A stretch of DNA of 60,399 bases, taken from the NCBI RefSeq assembly GCF_001194135.2, contig NC_068988.1:58700616-58761014 (forward strand). The letters are read 5' to 3'. Position 1 is the stretch's first letter, and every line of letters starts with the position of its first letter. The translations under genes were made by a program, and so were the position numbers. The notes beneath the pieces were generated by a model. That model was not told the DNA's origin. It did not search any database and saw nothing but the letters and a program-made list of their open reading frames with translations. The stretch comes from Octopus bimaculoides (lineage: Eukaryota). This document shows positions 25,870-38,640 of this stretch, piece by piece.

Positions 25870-26540
25870 CACGATGGATAAATTGTCGCCTTTTCATATT
25901 TTTAATTTCGCGCATCCGTGTTGTTTCTTTTTGATTTTGTCGACTGCACAGTATAGTTGGGTTTGTTGGGCACCGTTCGTGAGAAAAACAGGACCACCAG
26001 AAATTTGGAAACGAGATGCCATACTGCTTGGTATTCGCGCCGAAGGTTCCAATACGAACATTTCAGAGAGTTTGCATGTCAATTTGAGGACGATGCAATC
26101 TGAGGACATGTACCGAGAGTGATAAAAATCAGACATCCAGTCAACATCATGGTGTTTGGAGTGATCACTAGTGATGGCGACGTTATGCCTTCATTAATCT
26201 TCCAACACGGCCTCAAAATCAACATGGAAGCATACATCAAGTGAATGGAGGAGGTAGTGCTGCCCTGGGTCAAAAGGGTGGCTGCTGGAAGACTCTACGT
26301 CTGGCAACAGGACTCTGCACCATGTCACACAAGCAGCAGAACCCCTAACACCTGGCCACCAAACTCGCTACACTGGAGACCCCTTGAATGTTATGTGTGG
26401 GGTACAGTTGAGTGAGAGAGCAACGAAACTCCTTGTAACACTAAAGATGAAGTAAAGGCAAGAATTATGGCAGCAATCATTAACTTAAAAAGGAGACGGT
26501 CCAGAAGAGCTGCAGGAGATTCCGAAGTCGTCTGGAGGTG
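25870..26540 (+). mobile_element. Internally deleted maT/DD37D-like IS630-Tc1-mariner transposon
   Basis: WKRDAILLGIRAEGSNTNISESLHVNLRTMQ (HTH) fused to VPRVIKIRHPVNIMVFGVITSDGDVMPSLIF..YIK*MEEVVLPWVKRVAAGRLYVWQQDSAPCHTS..WPPNS..PLECYVWGTVE..TKDEVKARIMAA. First catalytic D region is missing. Confidence 0.88.
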
Positions 26541-26689
26541 TCAGTGTTATTTTCATTTTCTCATAATTTAGACGACAGTTTATTCACCGCAGCCTGGATA
26601 CTTTGTAAGGAGTATTTTAACATTTTACATTAGAATCCTTGTGTCCAATAAGAAATCACCTCTTTCTTCCTGCTCCTACTCCTGCTCTT

Positions 26690-26768
26690 CATCCTCCACC
26701 TCCTCCTCGTCCTCCTCGTCCTCCTCGTCCTCCTCGTCCTCCTCGTCGTCGTCGTCCTCCTCCTCCTC

Positions 26769-26838
<70 letters not shown>
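26690..26838. repeat. (TCCTCCTCG)n plus (ATT)n
   Basis: Read directly. Confidence 0.95.
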
Positions 26839-26839
<1 letters not shown>

Positions 26840-27479
26840 ACTTGTATGTCAATTGGAAATGCTTTAATTCCGAATGAAATGAGAGATTAGAGATTCATAT
26901 TTGTGTTGCTAGTTCATTCATTTGATATACAGAGATCACTGAAATTACATTACCTCGCTTTGGACATTCAGTTTTCTGTTTAAACTGTATAATTTGCTTA
27001 GACGATAGAATAAATACAAGTTATATATCAATGCGGTGGTTGTGATGGTGGTAGCGGTGTTGCGGATATGGACGCCACAAAGCACGACGTAATCTGCTGA
27101 ATTTAAACGGCTGCGTAAATACGATATCTAGTCGAAATGCAGGTTACTTCACTACACTATACTTGTACCGTTAATGTCCTTAAGAATATCATGAACTTCA
27201 CAGCATATTTATTTCAAATCATTGAGAAAATAAAGCATTCAGATTAGCTGTATATACATTAATTCTTGTCGCATCAGTAAAAATAAAACTGCAATGATTT
27301 ATTGGAATGTAACGGGTGTCAGATATTGTAATATTGAATGTAATCTTCATCGAGGTTTGAAGTCAGTGAGTTTGAGTATTCGAGGGAAATAAAATCTCTC
27401 TTCTTTTTACGGCAATGCGAAATAACTTAATAAAAATCTAATGAAATCCATTAAAATTTGAGGCTATGAAAAATAGAAA

Positions 27480-27800
27480 AGCTGCTGAATTTTCCAGGAC
27501 GTGTTACCCAGACCCTTTTGAGATAAGAAATGAACAAGGCAGCTAATGCTATTAACTGTGTCTGTACCCTGTTTGGAAAGGATGGAGGGTGCCAAAATGA
27601 GGAAATGAGGCAGGTGTCGGGTGTTGGTGGAAGATTGCCGCAAGAATGGTAGGCAGAGGTGGTTAACAAGGGAGGCTGTCAGCTGAGGATTTACAGATCG
27701 CACCCTAAGAATTACAAGAACGGGCTGTAGAGGAACCTTCAAGAACAAATCATAGGTGGCTGAGAAAATAATGGGATTATTAAACTGCTGCTTGGTCACG
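27480..27800 (+). pseudogene. Degenerate RLE-type non-LTR retrotransposon C-terminus (Hero-like)
   Basis: LMLLTVSVPCLERMEGAKMRK*GRCRVLVEDCRKNGRQRWLTREAVS*GFTDRT..VAEK resembles the Hero-type ELTVPWEERMEEA.ERK..KY.ELVEEC...GW.....VEVGCRGF..AEKAS pattern. Confidence 0.55.
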
Positions 27801-29029
27801 GGCTCTTGCTTGAGTAACAATAATCGGTTCGCTTTGGTGAGGTTTATGCAGTAAGAACTCAAACAGTCAGTAACCACAGATTATAACACTGACGGTATTT
27901 CCAAGTATTGCATCTGCAGGGATATGTTGTACAAAGTTCAGATTGATACACTGATGGATATTTGAATTTAACACTGCCTCATATGCATACATCAGATTTT
28001 TATTCAGAAGGGTTGCTATTCGGAACACCGGTGAATGTTTTACATTTGCTCTATATCGGAAGCAAAGAATTCTCGTGCAAGCATTTATCAGTCTGAAAGA
28101 ACACGTTATTTAAAGTGTCCAAAAAGGCTGAAATGCATCGAGCAATTTTGATAGCCGCTGTTGGGATGAGTTTTCTTCTCTCACCGATAATATTTCTGTT
28201 TTTGAACTCATCAACTCCATAAGAGAGAAATACTATCCCAGGACAAATACTGCGGAAACTGGCCTATCAACGGTGTATATACATTAAGTATGATACATAT
28301 TTGGCTGTTTTGAATTTCAATGTAACGCCATTTAGAAAACATAAAGAAAATATATAGTCATTATTTATGCTTGAAATAACAGAAAAATCACACGCAAATC
28401 TAATCTTAACATTTCATGGAAAAGGGATTTATTGAATAATGCAGTCTTAGGTAAACTACTTGATAAAACAAAAATAGAAAGACCGGGAAAGATCACAGTT
28501 AGATACGGAAAAGTTATGATGAGAAGTTCTCTTCATCTGATGCCAGAAAAAATTAACAACATTAATAGCATCAATACCACAAAACAGATAACAGACTGAT
28601 ATCATAAAAGCATATTTTGAGAATAAATTATACGTTTCTTTCTTCAATATTGCTTTAATATTTTATTATGTCACACCAATGCATTTAGAAAAAGCTACTT
28701 TGCTCGTATATTTATGATTCAATATGGTGATTTTTCTTTGGTACATTTCATTGAGTTTCTGAGATATGGAATAAATGTTCATATAGAATGATTCGAAAAA
28801 TGAAACTTAAATTATGGAAGAAAATATGGCAGTAAATGTATGGACGCTCCTGCGATAAGAATTTATGGATTACACTTGAGTAAGAGCTACTTATAGAATT
28901 GGCCATAACTCGAGGGGAAAATAAGCAGCATTCAAATGCGTAGATATGAATAAATAAGGATTTATATAGCGTTGGCACAATATGTGGTCTAAAATCGATT
29001 AGATCATCCTCAGTAGGTAATTATATTTT

Positions 29030-29120
29030 ATCGAAGCCATGACGGAAATTGAACCCGATATAATTAAATGCCGCAAAACATTTTGCTCGAAACACTATTA
29101 CAAACCCGCGCAGCCCCCCC
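29030..29120 (-). mobile_element. Degenerate SINE family B fragment
   Basis: ttatcgaagcc..cggaaattgaaccc..aaatgccgcaaaacattttgctcg parallels the minus-strand B copy at 21300-21440. Confidence 0.45.
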
Positions 29121-29499
29121 CCCCNNNNNNNNNNNNNNNNNNNNNNNNNNNNNNNNNNNNNNNNNNNNNNNNNNNNNNNNNNNNNNNNNNNNNNNNNNNN
29201 NNNNNNNNNNNNNNNNNNNNNNNNNNNNNNNNNNNNNNNNNNNNNNNNNNNNNNNNNNNNNNNNNNNNNNNNNNNNNNNNNNNNNNNNNNNNNNNNNNNN
29301 NNNNNNNNNNNNNNNNNNNNNNNNNNNNNNNNNNNNNATATATATATATATATAAATATATATAATAAGGAAGGCAGCCTATGCGCAATATAAAACCGAA
29401 AAGGAGAAATTCAGTTGCACTAATTATGAGTGGGCCTGCTGGGTGCTACCTATATTGCTAAAAATAAGAGTTAAAGTCCTTAGAACTGCAAGGAAGCAC

Positions 29500-29985
29500 A
29501 TTTTACAGGTGAAACTAGTGTAGTCTAATGATCTAGCGTCACTTATCAGGTGGTTAACTCCCCTGCCACTATATGAAAACGTGGGTTTTAACTCATATTT
29601 CTAATAATATTGATACTACCCAGTACCCTCAGTCACAGTTAGTGGCAACTGACTTTTCCCTTTTTTTATTGCGAATAGCTGCCGTCTTTATTTTATAATT
29701 TTCACATTAGCATTTCGTTCAATTAACTATAAATTTATATGGTAAATATAAAGACTGGCAGTCAGAATTTAGCCAAACCATTTGGTAATGGAGTAGTTAC
29801 TACTGATGAACTTGCAATTTTACGGGTGAAACTAGTCTAGTCTAGTGATCTAGCTTCTATTATGGGGCGGTTACTTCCCTGTCAGTATATGAAGATGTAC
29901 TTCCTTGCAGCTGTTATGGTTTTACCTTTTAATTCTAGCTATATAGGCGCTACCCAACACTTCTGGTCACAATTAGTGACAACTA
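29500..29985. repeat. Diverged direct repeat (~150-170 bp twice, ~317 bp apart)
   Basis: ttttacaggtgaaactagtgtagtctaatgatctagc..ctaccca..gtcacagttagtggcaact versus ttttacgggtgaaactagtctagtctagtgatctagc..ctaccca..gtcacaattagtgacaact. Confidence 0.85.
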
Positions 29986-30709
29986 TATATATATGTATAT
30001 ATATATATATATGGGTTCTCTCTAGCTAGCCAGGATTTATGGTAATTCAAGAAGAGATTTCATGGCGAACTTCCAGAGCACCACCACCAGGACAATGCAT
30101 GACACTGAAGTCAGATGACCCTATTTTGGAGGAGATTAGAGTTTTGTACTTCTCTGAAATTTATTTATATCTTTCCAGAAAAATTCTCAAAACTTTTGGA
30201 ATGCACTTTTTATATGTATGTATGTATGAATGTATGTACGTATGTATGTATGAATGTATGTATGTATGAATGTATGTATGTATGTATGTATGTATGTATA
30301 CATGTATGCATGCATGTATGTATGTATTTATGCATGTATGTATGACAGATGTTTCCATTTCTATGTACAATATCTTGCTATTACCAATATAACCTTCTTT
30401 AATACATATACAATGAACGAAGAATAATTTGGCAATGTTTTAGAATTGTGTAGTTCTACCTAGGATATTTCCTGTTATTAGAGTCAAACTAACACTATAT
30501 TTATTTAAGTGAACATATCTTTAAATATCTGCTTGATCATTTTCAAACTATTCTTAACTACCACTTTAATTGTTCTGTTGCACGTAGCAATCGTACCAAG
30601 CGGAGTACAGCCTTCTCTAGAGTTATGAGTAAAGTCAAAATTATCAGGAAAAAGAACATTGATCAATTCAATGAATCACTCAAACCACTCCAATATTTAC
30701 CATAACAAT

Positions 30710-30935
30710 AAAGAGGTGAAGCTGGCAGAATCGTTGCTGTGGCGGATAAAATGCTTAGCATGATAGATTCCGACCTTATTTTCTGTGTTCAAATGCTGTC
30801 AAGGTCGGTCTTCCTTTTAATCTTTTTTGAGGTCGATTAAATAAATACTGGTTGAGAACTGGGGTCAATATAATTATCGTACCCACCTCCCACGGAATTG
30901 GTGAGCTCTTGTGCCAAAATTTGGAGCCAATATTT
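30710..30935 (+). mobile_element. SINE family B, full-length diverged copy
   Basis: gctggcagaatcgtt..aaaatgcttagc..tgttcaaat..aggtcg..ggtcgattaaataaatactggttgagaactggggtc..ttgtgccaaaatttgg. Confidence 0.82.
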
Positions 30936-31299
30936 ACAACGAGAAAAAAACAGCAACAGTTACAACGTCAGCAGCATTTTCAATTACTATAAAACATGGG
31001 TCTTAGTGACGGTCAGATTCGTAGATGACTGTGTAAATCAAATACTAAATAATTAACTGGAGATTTTGGGATTCGAACCCTGTCACCGATGCTTGAATGT
31101 ATCTGTGACCAATGCATTGAACTTACAAATGTAAGTTCGAGCTGCAAATAGATGGTGCGTTATGTTTATCAAAAGATCATGAACTCTTAAGGCCGTGTTA
31201 ATATGTTTATCCTGGCGTACAATGGACTAAAATGACAACACCATCATCTTGAAAAGAATGTCGATTCGTTCTAGGCTTAATCTCTCAGCTATTGTTGCA

Positions 31300-31375
31300 A
31301 TTTATTTACAGCTGAATAGACTAGGAAAATGTGGAATGAAGTGTTTTTGCTCAAGAACATAACGCATCGCCCTGT
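31300..31375 (-). mobile_element. CORE-like SINE fragment
   Basis: tttacagctgaatagact..gtggaatgaagtgtttttgctcaagaacataacgcatcgcc; the reverse complement resembles the CORE segment ttcttgagcaaracacttcatt. Confidence 0.5.
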
Positions 31376-31679
31376 CACGAGTGTAATTATTTGGCTACAT
31401 GTCGTTACTATTCTTTTAACCGGATGGATCCCCTGGGCAATGGGATCCCGGGGCTGCAATGTGCCTTCGAGGTATCGATGTTCTCTGAGTCCTGAAATTA
31501 GCATAGCTTTACGCGGATAGTCATACTCTTCACCGAAGGATGGGCCGGAGGAATTTCCGTCCAGTAGTATACCACCATCTAAGAAAAACTGATCAATAAC
31601 AGTAATTACAAAATAAAGAAGCAGTCTAGAGAAGTATGAGCTGCAACTGGCAGATGTGTGTCTGATAGACTACATAAGG

Positions 31680-31820
31680 TTACACGACCTGCAATATATA
31701 GCGGCCAAATCAGATTTTACTATATTGTTATAAAGCACGTTGGATAACGTAAGTCTGAAAATAACTGGTTGTTAACGGTTGGGACAGTCTTTGACCATAG
31801 ATCTCCCCGATGTGGACTGA
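31680..31820 (+). mobile_element. SINE family C degenerate fragment
   Basis: cgacctgcaatatatagcggccaaatc..ttggataacgta..ctttgaccatag. Confidence 0.45.
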
Positions 31821-32079
31821 GCTATAACTGAACCACTCCAATACCACTCCATACGGCCTAACAGGTTGCAGTGGAAGATATCTGCCAGTGTTGCTTCACA
31901 TACAACAGCCCGGTTTACGTGACCGCAGTATGTATTTTAAGTACTATGTATCATCACTCTAAACAGCAGAAGTACTACGAGATAGAAGAATAATTTATTG
32001 GATAAAATATATTTTTTTTAAAAATTAGACTAATTCCTTTACCAAAGGGATTAATTAGTCTATGACTATTGTTTTCCGG

Positions 32080-32760
32080 CGCCTGCCCGTCTGGTGACAT
32101 TGATGCCCTTATTTTTAAGTAGAACTTGAATGTGAAGAGCTGGAGTTTGAGAGGGAATTCCATTGTATTGTAGATCCATGAAGAAAATATCGAGAAAAAT
32201 TACTTGCAATTCAGCATTAGGTGTTGAGATTAAAATAAGGATGATGTGGTGATGAAGGATGGGTGCATTAGCTGCATATATTGGTTTGTAAATTTCTAGT
32301 TTGGAGCTGTAGCAACTGTTGAGATAAACTGAAGATCTAGACCGACTGTATGCTAGTGGTTATAATCTATTGATGAGGTAGCCTAAAGAAATAGGGTCAG
32401 TGTGAAGTGGGGAATGGCTTTTAGCCCTATGATGAGAGCATTGTCAGTTGAGTCGTAAAGAAACAGTACATTTGTGGATTAATGTTTGGTTATAGCTTTT
32501 TGGAACTTGGTTTTACAGAAACTGAATCGTTGACGATTAATGATTGTGCTGTGATGTGAGTTGATCATGAAGGAATATCGTCTGTGTAACATGTACAGGT
32601 TGTATGTATTCGTGAGTGGATCTTCAAGAAATAGTAGCAGATTTGTGTGGGGCAATGTTTGTGGCGTGCTGATGTGCGTGCCTTTGTCGATCAGCCGAAC
32701 GGTTTCTATTTTTGATGAGGTCTGTTCATGTAATGCTGAGGCTGAGAACAAATAGGTCAT
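32080..32760 (-). pseudogene. Degenerate CR1/L2/Jockey-group LINE ORF2 3' region
   Basis: Minus strand ends in ..SRYFLHGSTIQWNSLS, resembling the LINE ORF2 terminal motif SFF..T...WNSLP. Multiple stops and frameshifts. Confidence 0.4.
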
Positions 32761-32994
32761 CCTGTTGCTTTCGTTTGTAATGAAAAGCAATCAACTTATT
32801 ACTTTGACTTGAGATTGATTAGCAGCACACGAGTGAATACGCCATTGAATAAATTATGATGACAATATAATGCAGAAATGGCCAAAGGTAGTGATAATAT
32901 ACAGCGATATATAACAGCCAGTTGACTCACTCTGCTAACTGAGATATTATTGAGGCAATGTGTAGATGGTTTTAGGAATTGTGGAAACTTACCT

Positions 32995-33245
32995 CTTCCC
33001 TACTGCTCTCTCACAGGCTGGCAAAAGTAGTAACTAACCTTACTCCACTGTACTCTCATAGACTTACAATTGTTGGAAGTGACCTGACCCAACCCTGCTC
33101 TCACAGACTAAGAATTGGCTTCATCCCATTGCACTCTCACAGACTAACAATTATAATAACTGACCTCACCCCACTGCATGCTCACAGATCAGTAATTATA
33201 GCCGCTGACCCCAACCTCCCATTACTCTCACAGGCTATTAAATTC
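32995..33245. repeat. Minisatellite, ~6 diverged 36-48-bp units anchored on ctctcacaga
   Basis: ctctca(c/t)ag recurs six times with actgacct..ccca between. Confidence 0.8.
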
Positions 33246-33399
33246 TAAAAATTCATGATCCCCCTTTCTACACTTTACTTCATCCCCCCTCACCCTTTTA
33301 TCCCCTCCCTTTCTCTGTATCCATTTCTTCTTACTCTTCACTGTCAGACCTAAATCTTTAACTATGTCCTTTCCCTCCATTCTTCATTTCCCGATTGCA

Positions 33400-33500
33400 C
33401 CTTTTCCTTTCTTCCCTTTTCCTTTCTTCCCTTTTCCTTTCTTCCCTTTTCCTTTCTTCCCTTTTCCTTTCTTCCCTTTTCCTTTCTTCCCTTTTACTTC
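33400..33500. repeat. 15-bp tandem repeat (CCTTTTCCTTTCTTC)x~6
   Basis: Read directly. Confidence 0.95.
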
Positions 33501-33638
33501 TTCCCATATTCATTGCACTCCTAAGCTTCTCACTGACTTTTTCTCTGCACATATTTCTCGCTCTTCTTTATCTGTTTTCTTCTCTCATTTCTTCCGTTCA
33601 TCATTCACTTCCTTTATTTACCTTTATTCTATTCTATC

Positions 33639-33710
<72 letters not shown>

Positions 33711-34254
33711 CTTCCCACTTTCACTCTATTTGGCCCTCTCTTGCTTCATTCGTCCATCCATCCACCGTTCCATCCATTCATCCATCTCTTCCTTCCTTCC
33801 TTCCTTCCTTCCTTCCTTCTTTCTCCCTAGTCCCTCNNNNNNNNNNNNNNNNNNNNNNNNNNNNNNNNNNNNNNNNNNNNNNNNNNNNNNNNNNNNNNNN
33901 NNNNNNNNNNNNNNNNNNNNNNNNNNNNNNNNNNNNNNNNNNNNNNNNNNNNNNNNNNNNNNNNNNNNNNNNNNNNNNNNNNNNNNNNNNNNNNNNNNNN
34001 NNNNNNNNNNNNNNNNNNNNNNNNNNNNNNNNNNNNNNNNNNNNNNNNNNNNNNNNNNNNNNNNNNNNNNNNNNNNNNNNNNNNNNNNNNNNNNNNNNNN
34101 NNNNNNNNNNNNNNNNNNNNNNNNNNNNNNNNNNNNNNNNNNNNNNNNNNNNNNNNNNNNNNNNNNNNNNNNNNNNNNNNNNNNNNNCCACCACCACCAC
34201 CACTACCACCACCAGCAACAACAACAACATCAAGAACAGCACAAGTTTCTGAGT

Positions 34255-34900
34255 TAGCTTATACATGGTCACTCGACTTTTTAGAAATAGCAGTGAAGTC
34301 TCTCTCTCATCACTGACTACTTTCTTAAGAACAGGGGCCATACTGGACCATTTGTTTCTTTCAGAAAACTGGAAGACACATATTGGTCATGATTGGGACG
34401 TCTTTGATGACAAATCTACGGATTGGGACTGACCTGGGGATAGACACTAATAAAAACAACTACAAAAAACAGATAGAGCCTTTAAGGAACCATGTTCAAA
34501 CTGCTAGAGATAGCAGCTAAGTATCCTTCACATCACACAGTCTGCTGTTTATAGCATGGACACTGGATAATGTGATCATGGGGTCTTTGTACATAAAGAA
34601 TCGAAACGACAGCCAAGGTTGGAAAACTTTTTAGTAATTAATCTACCTTATTCAGAGTGTTTCCGAGTTGACATTAACAAACAAAATCGAAATGAGCTAT
34701 CGTGGGAACATTTATATTGTCACTCGCTTGTTAGATATAGCAGCCAAATGCCCCTCAAATGACACTTCCAGCGACAGTCATTATGGATATTCACCAAGAT
34801 GTAATAATTTTGGCTGGATTGTCATTAATCGTACATCTGGTTTATCAAAGCTGACCTGGGACAAAATACTTCTACACCACCAACAACCACCACCACTACC
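34255..34900 (+). mobile_element. Three head-to-tail SINE family C 3'-half copies
   Basis: Units at about 34255-34470, 34480-34685 and 34700-34900 each contain tagaaatagcag/tagagatagcagc/tagatatagcagcc. Two end in ctgacctggg plus an AAC/ACC-rich tail. Confidence 0.72.
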
Positions 34901-37581
34901 ACCAGACCACTGACATCATCTCCCTGCAAAAATTACTACCAGCACCAACACACACACAACCAGCACCCACACCACCAGCACCACCATTACCACCACCACT
35001 ACCACCAGCACCAGCACCAGCACCACCAGCACTAACAGTACAACNNNNNNNNNNNNNNNNNNNNNNNNNNNNNNNNNNNNNNNNNNNNNNNNNNNNNNNN
35101 NNNNNNNNNNNNNNNNNNNNNNNNNNNNNNNNNNNNNNNNNNNNNNNNNNNNNNNNNNNNNNNNNNNNNNNNNNNNNNNNNNNNNNNNNNNNNNNNNNNN
35201 NNNNNNNNNNNNNNNNNNNNNNNNNNNNNNNNNNNNNNNNNNNNNNNNNNNNNNNNNNNNNNNNNNNNNNNNNNNNNNNNNNNNNNNNNNNNNNNNNNNN
35301 NNNNNNNNNNNNNNNNNNNNNNNNNNNNNNNNNNNNNNNNNNNNNNNNNNNNNNNNNNNNNNNNNNNNNNNNNNNNNNNNNNNNNNNNNNNNNNNNNNNN
35401 NNNNNNNNNNNNNNNNNNNNNNNNNNNNNNNNNNNNNNNNNNNNNNNNNNNNNNNNNNNNNNNNNNNNNNNNNNNNNNNNNNNNNNNNNNNNNNNNNNNN
35501 NNNNNNNNNNNNNNNNNNNNNNNNNNNNNNNNNNNNNNNNNNCACCACCACCACCACCACCACCACCACCACCACCGTACCACCAGAACCAATCCCATCT
35601 CCGAACCGAACGAACACCGTCACCGGCACCGTCACATCACCAAATCACCACCTCTACAACCACCACCACCATCATTACCACCACTACTACGACGGCCACC
35701 ACAACCCAACCCTCACCACTACCACCGTAGCCACTACCACAGTGATTTCATTACATCATACTCATCTATCTTTTCTTCTTTCTTCCTGTCATCATTCTGC
35801 TTCTTTTCCCATCGTTCGGGTTGATTCAATCATCTCTCTTTTCATTTCAAGCTTCTCCTTTCCTTTCTCTTTCTCTTTCTATTTTCCACTCAATTTTTAT
35901 ATTCACCTTCTATCTTACTTTCTCATCCGTTCCTCCTTCTCCCCATCTCCCCATCTCCCCATCTCTGTCCCCTCTGTCTCTTCCCTTAACTCACTTCCAC
36001 CTTTCATTCTCATCGTCTTTTGTCTGTTTCTTTTTAATTTCGCTCGATGTCAAATTTGATGGAACGCACATGTCTTCCTGCGTAAACACACACACACACA
36101 CACACACACTCAAACGAATGAGCACCCATATACACAAACACAGATATATGTACACAGACAAAGCCTTAAGGTGGTACCCATGTGTACTTTTAAATGCACA
36201 CAACCATGACACGCTGACCTAACATTTTAACATGCACGCTCAATTACACAGACTTGCAAACAGACTTATGCATACACATACCATTCATGCACTCATGCAC
36301 ATCTGTGTACATATTCAAATCTGTTAACACACGCATACAGAATTAGCATACATATGCATATATTNNNNNNNNNNNNNNNNNNNNNNNNNNNNNNNNNNNN
36401 NNNNNNNNNNNNNNNNNNNNNNNNNNNNNNNNNNNNNNNNNNNNNNNNNNNNNNNNNNNNNNNNNNNNNNNNNNNNNNNNNNNNNNNNNNNNNNNNNNNN
36501 NNNNNNNNNNNNNNNNNNNNNNNNNNNNNNNNNNNNNNNNNNNNNNNNNNNNNNNNNNNNNNNNNNNNNNNNNNNNNNNNNNNNNNNNNNNNNNNNNNNN
36601 NNNNNNNNNNNNNNNNNNNNNNNNNNNNNNNNNNNNNNNNNNNNNNNNNNNNNNNNNNNNNNNNNNNNNNNNNNNNNNNNNNNNNNNNNNNNNNNNNNNN
36701 NNNNNNNNNNNNNNNNNNNNNNNNNNNNNNNNNNNNNNNNNNNNNNNNNNNNNNNNNNNNNNNNNNNNNNNNNNNNNNNNNNNNNNNNNNNNNNNNNNNN
36801 NNNNNNNNNNNNNNNNNNNNNNNNNNNNNNNNNNNNNNNNNNNNNNNNNNNNNNNNNNNNNNNNNNNNNNNNNNNNNNNNNNNNNNNNNNNNNNNNNNNN
36901 NTATATATATATTATACACGTAAATGCACACATACACACGCATTAAACACCTGTCATTCCTTCTACAATCGTGGGATTTTTGTCCCAGGAGTAGCCCACG
37001 AATTTTTGGTCCAAAAGGGTTTGTTCAACGCAATATTTACATGCTATTAATCATGGCTTTGTGTACATTGAGCCACGCTCTTCCAGAGAACAATTATATG
37101 TGTGTGTGTGTGTGGGGGGGGGGGGCGTATCGTTGTGTGCGTGCGTGCGTGTGTCTAGGCATGCATTCTTACAAATAGTTATACAAGCATGTTATTGAAA
37201 TTCCATTTGTGAAAACAAAGATATAAATACATTGTCACATCATTATACGCACGTTTAAATAAAAATTCATATCTCTTTCATACACATCTGTATACACTCA
37301 CGGAAATAGATATACTAGCAGAGACGTGTAACCGCATTTGCAAAATATATACACACATAAACATATACATGTATATATATATATATGAATAATGTACACA
37401 TGCACAGTCTCACCAAGAGACGCGCGCACACATACTCACACGCGCACACACATAGACACACATATTATACATAGATGTCTTGATACTCATATTGTTGAAG
37501 AAGGACTAAAACATACGATGCAACTTATCCAAGCTGCGCATGTGCACACGCGTACACGTGAACAAAGATAAACATAAACAG

Positions 37582-37615
<34 letters not shown>

Positions 37616-38351
37616 GCGCGCACACACACACACGCGCGCACACACATACAAATTGGCATATATAGAATTTAAAGAAAGCAACAAGTCGAAACTTCGAAGT
37701 CACAGTCAACCATTCCCTAGTGGAAATAAAATAAACATGGTGCTGTACTTAATTATGCATAGTACACGTGTATGTGTGGGAGTGTGTGCACGTAGAACTC
37801 ATAAACACAAACACATACGTNNNNNNNNNNNNNNNNNNNNNNNNNNNNNNNNNNNNNNNNNNNNNNNNNNNNNNNNNNNNNNNNNNNNNNNNNNNNNNNN
37901 NNNNNNNNNNNNNNNNNNNNNNNNNNNNNNNNNNNNNNNNNNNNNNNNNNNNNNNNNNNNNNNNNNNNNNNNNNNNNNNNNNNNNNNNNNNNNNNNNNNN
38001 NNNNNNNNNNNNNNNNNNNNNNNNNNNNNNNNNNNNNNNNNNNNNNNNNNNNNNNNNNNNNNNNNNNNNNNNNNNNNNNNNNNNNNNNNNNNNNNNNNNN
38101 NNNNNNNNNNNNNNNNNNNNNNNNNNNNNNNNNNNNNNNNNNNNNNNNNNNNNNNNNNNNNNNNNNNNNNNNNNNNNNNNATATATATATATATATACAA
38201 GAATAAGGGCAGAGAATATTCTATATATTCTATATTATATACATATATATATGGTTAGATATGCATGCATACTTATATATGTGCACACATGCATGCACAC
38301 ACACACACACACACACACACACAGATACAGACACATATATACATATACATA

Positions 38352-38640
38352 GGCGCAGGAATTGCTGTGTTGTAAGTAGTTTGCCTGCCGACCACATTGT
38401 CCCGACTTCAGTCCCACTGCGTGACACCAAGGGGTAGGTGTCTTCTACTATAGCCGCGGGCCGAGCAAAGCCTTGTGAGTGTCCCCCCCCCCATCATCGC
38501 CTGACAATCATTGCTGGTGTGTTTACGTCCCTGTAACGTAGCGGTTCGGCAAAATTAACCGATAGACTAAGTACAAAGGTTTACAAAGGCAGCGTTCCAG
38601 TATGACCGCAGTCAAATGACTGAAACAAATATAAGAATAT
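38352..38640 (+). mobile_element. tRNA-derived SINE family A with internal deletion
   Basis: ggcgcagg..gctgtgttgtaag..ttcagtcccactgcgtgacacc..gccttgtgagtg|tccccccc..gcggttcggcaaaa..gtcaaatgactgaaacaaat; the central microsatellite segment is absent. Confidence 0.9.

Noticed and set aside
30040-30160. HHQDNA, mariner-like catalytic motif
   Set aside because: Too short; flanking residues need several frameshifts to fit.
31420-31560. GC-rich patch with ggatccc/gggatcc hairpin, considered as an HDV-like ribozyme
   Set aside because: I could not assemble the nested double pseudoknot (P1/P1.1/P2/P3/P4).
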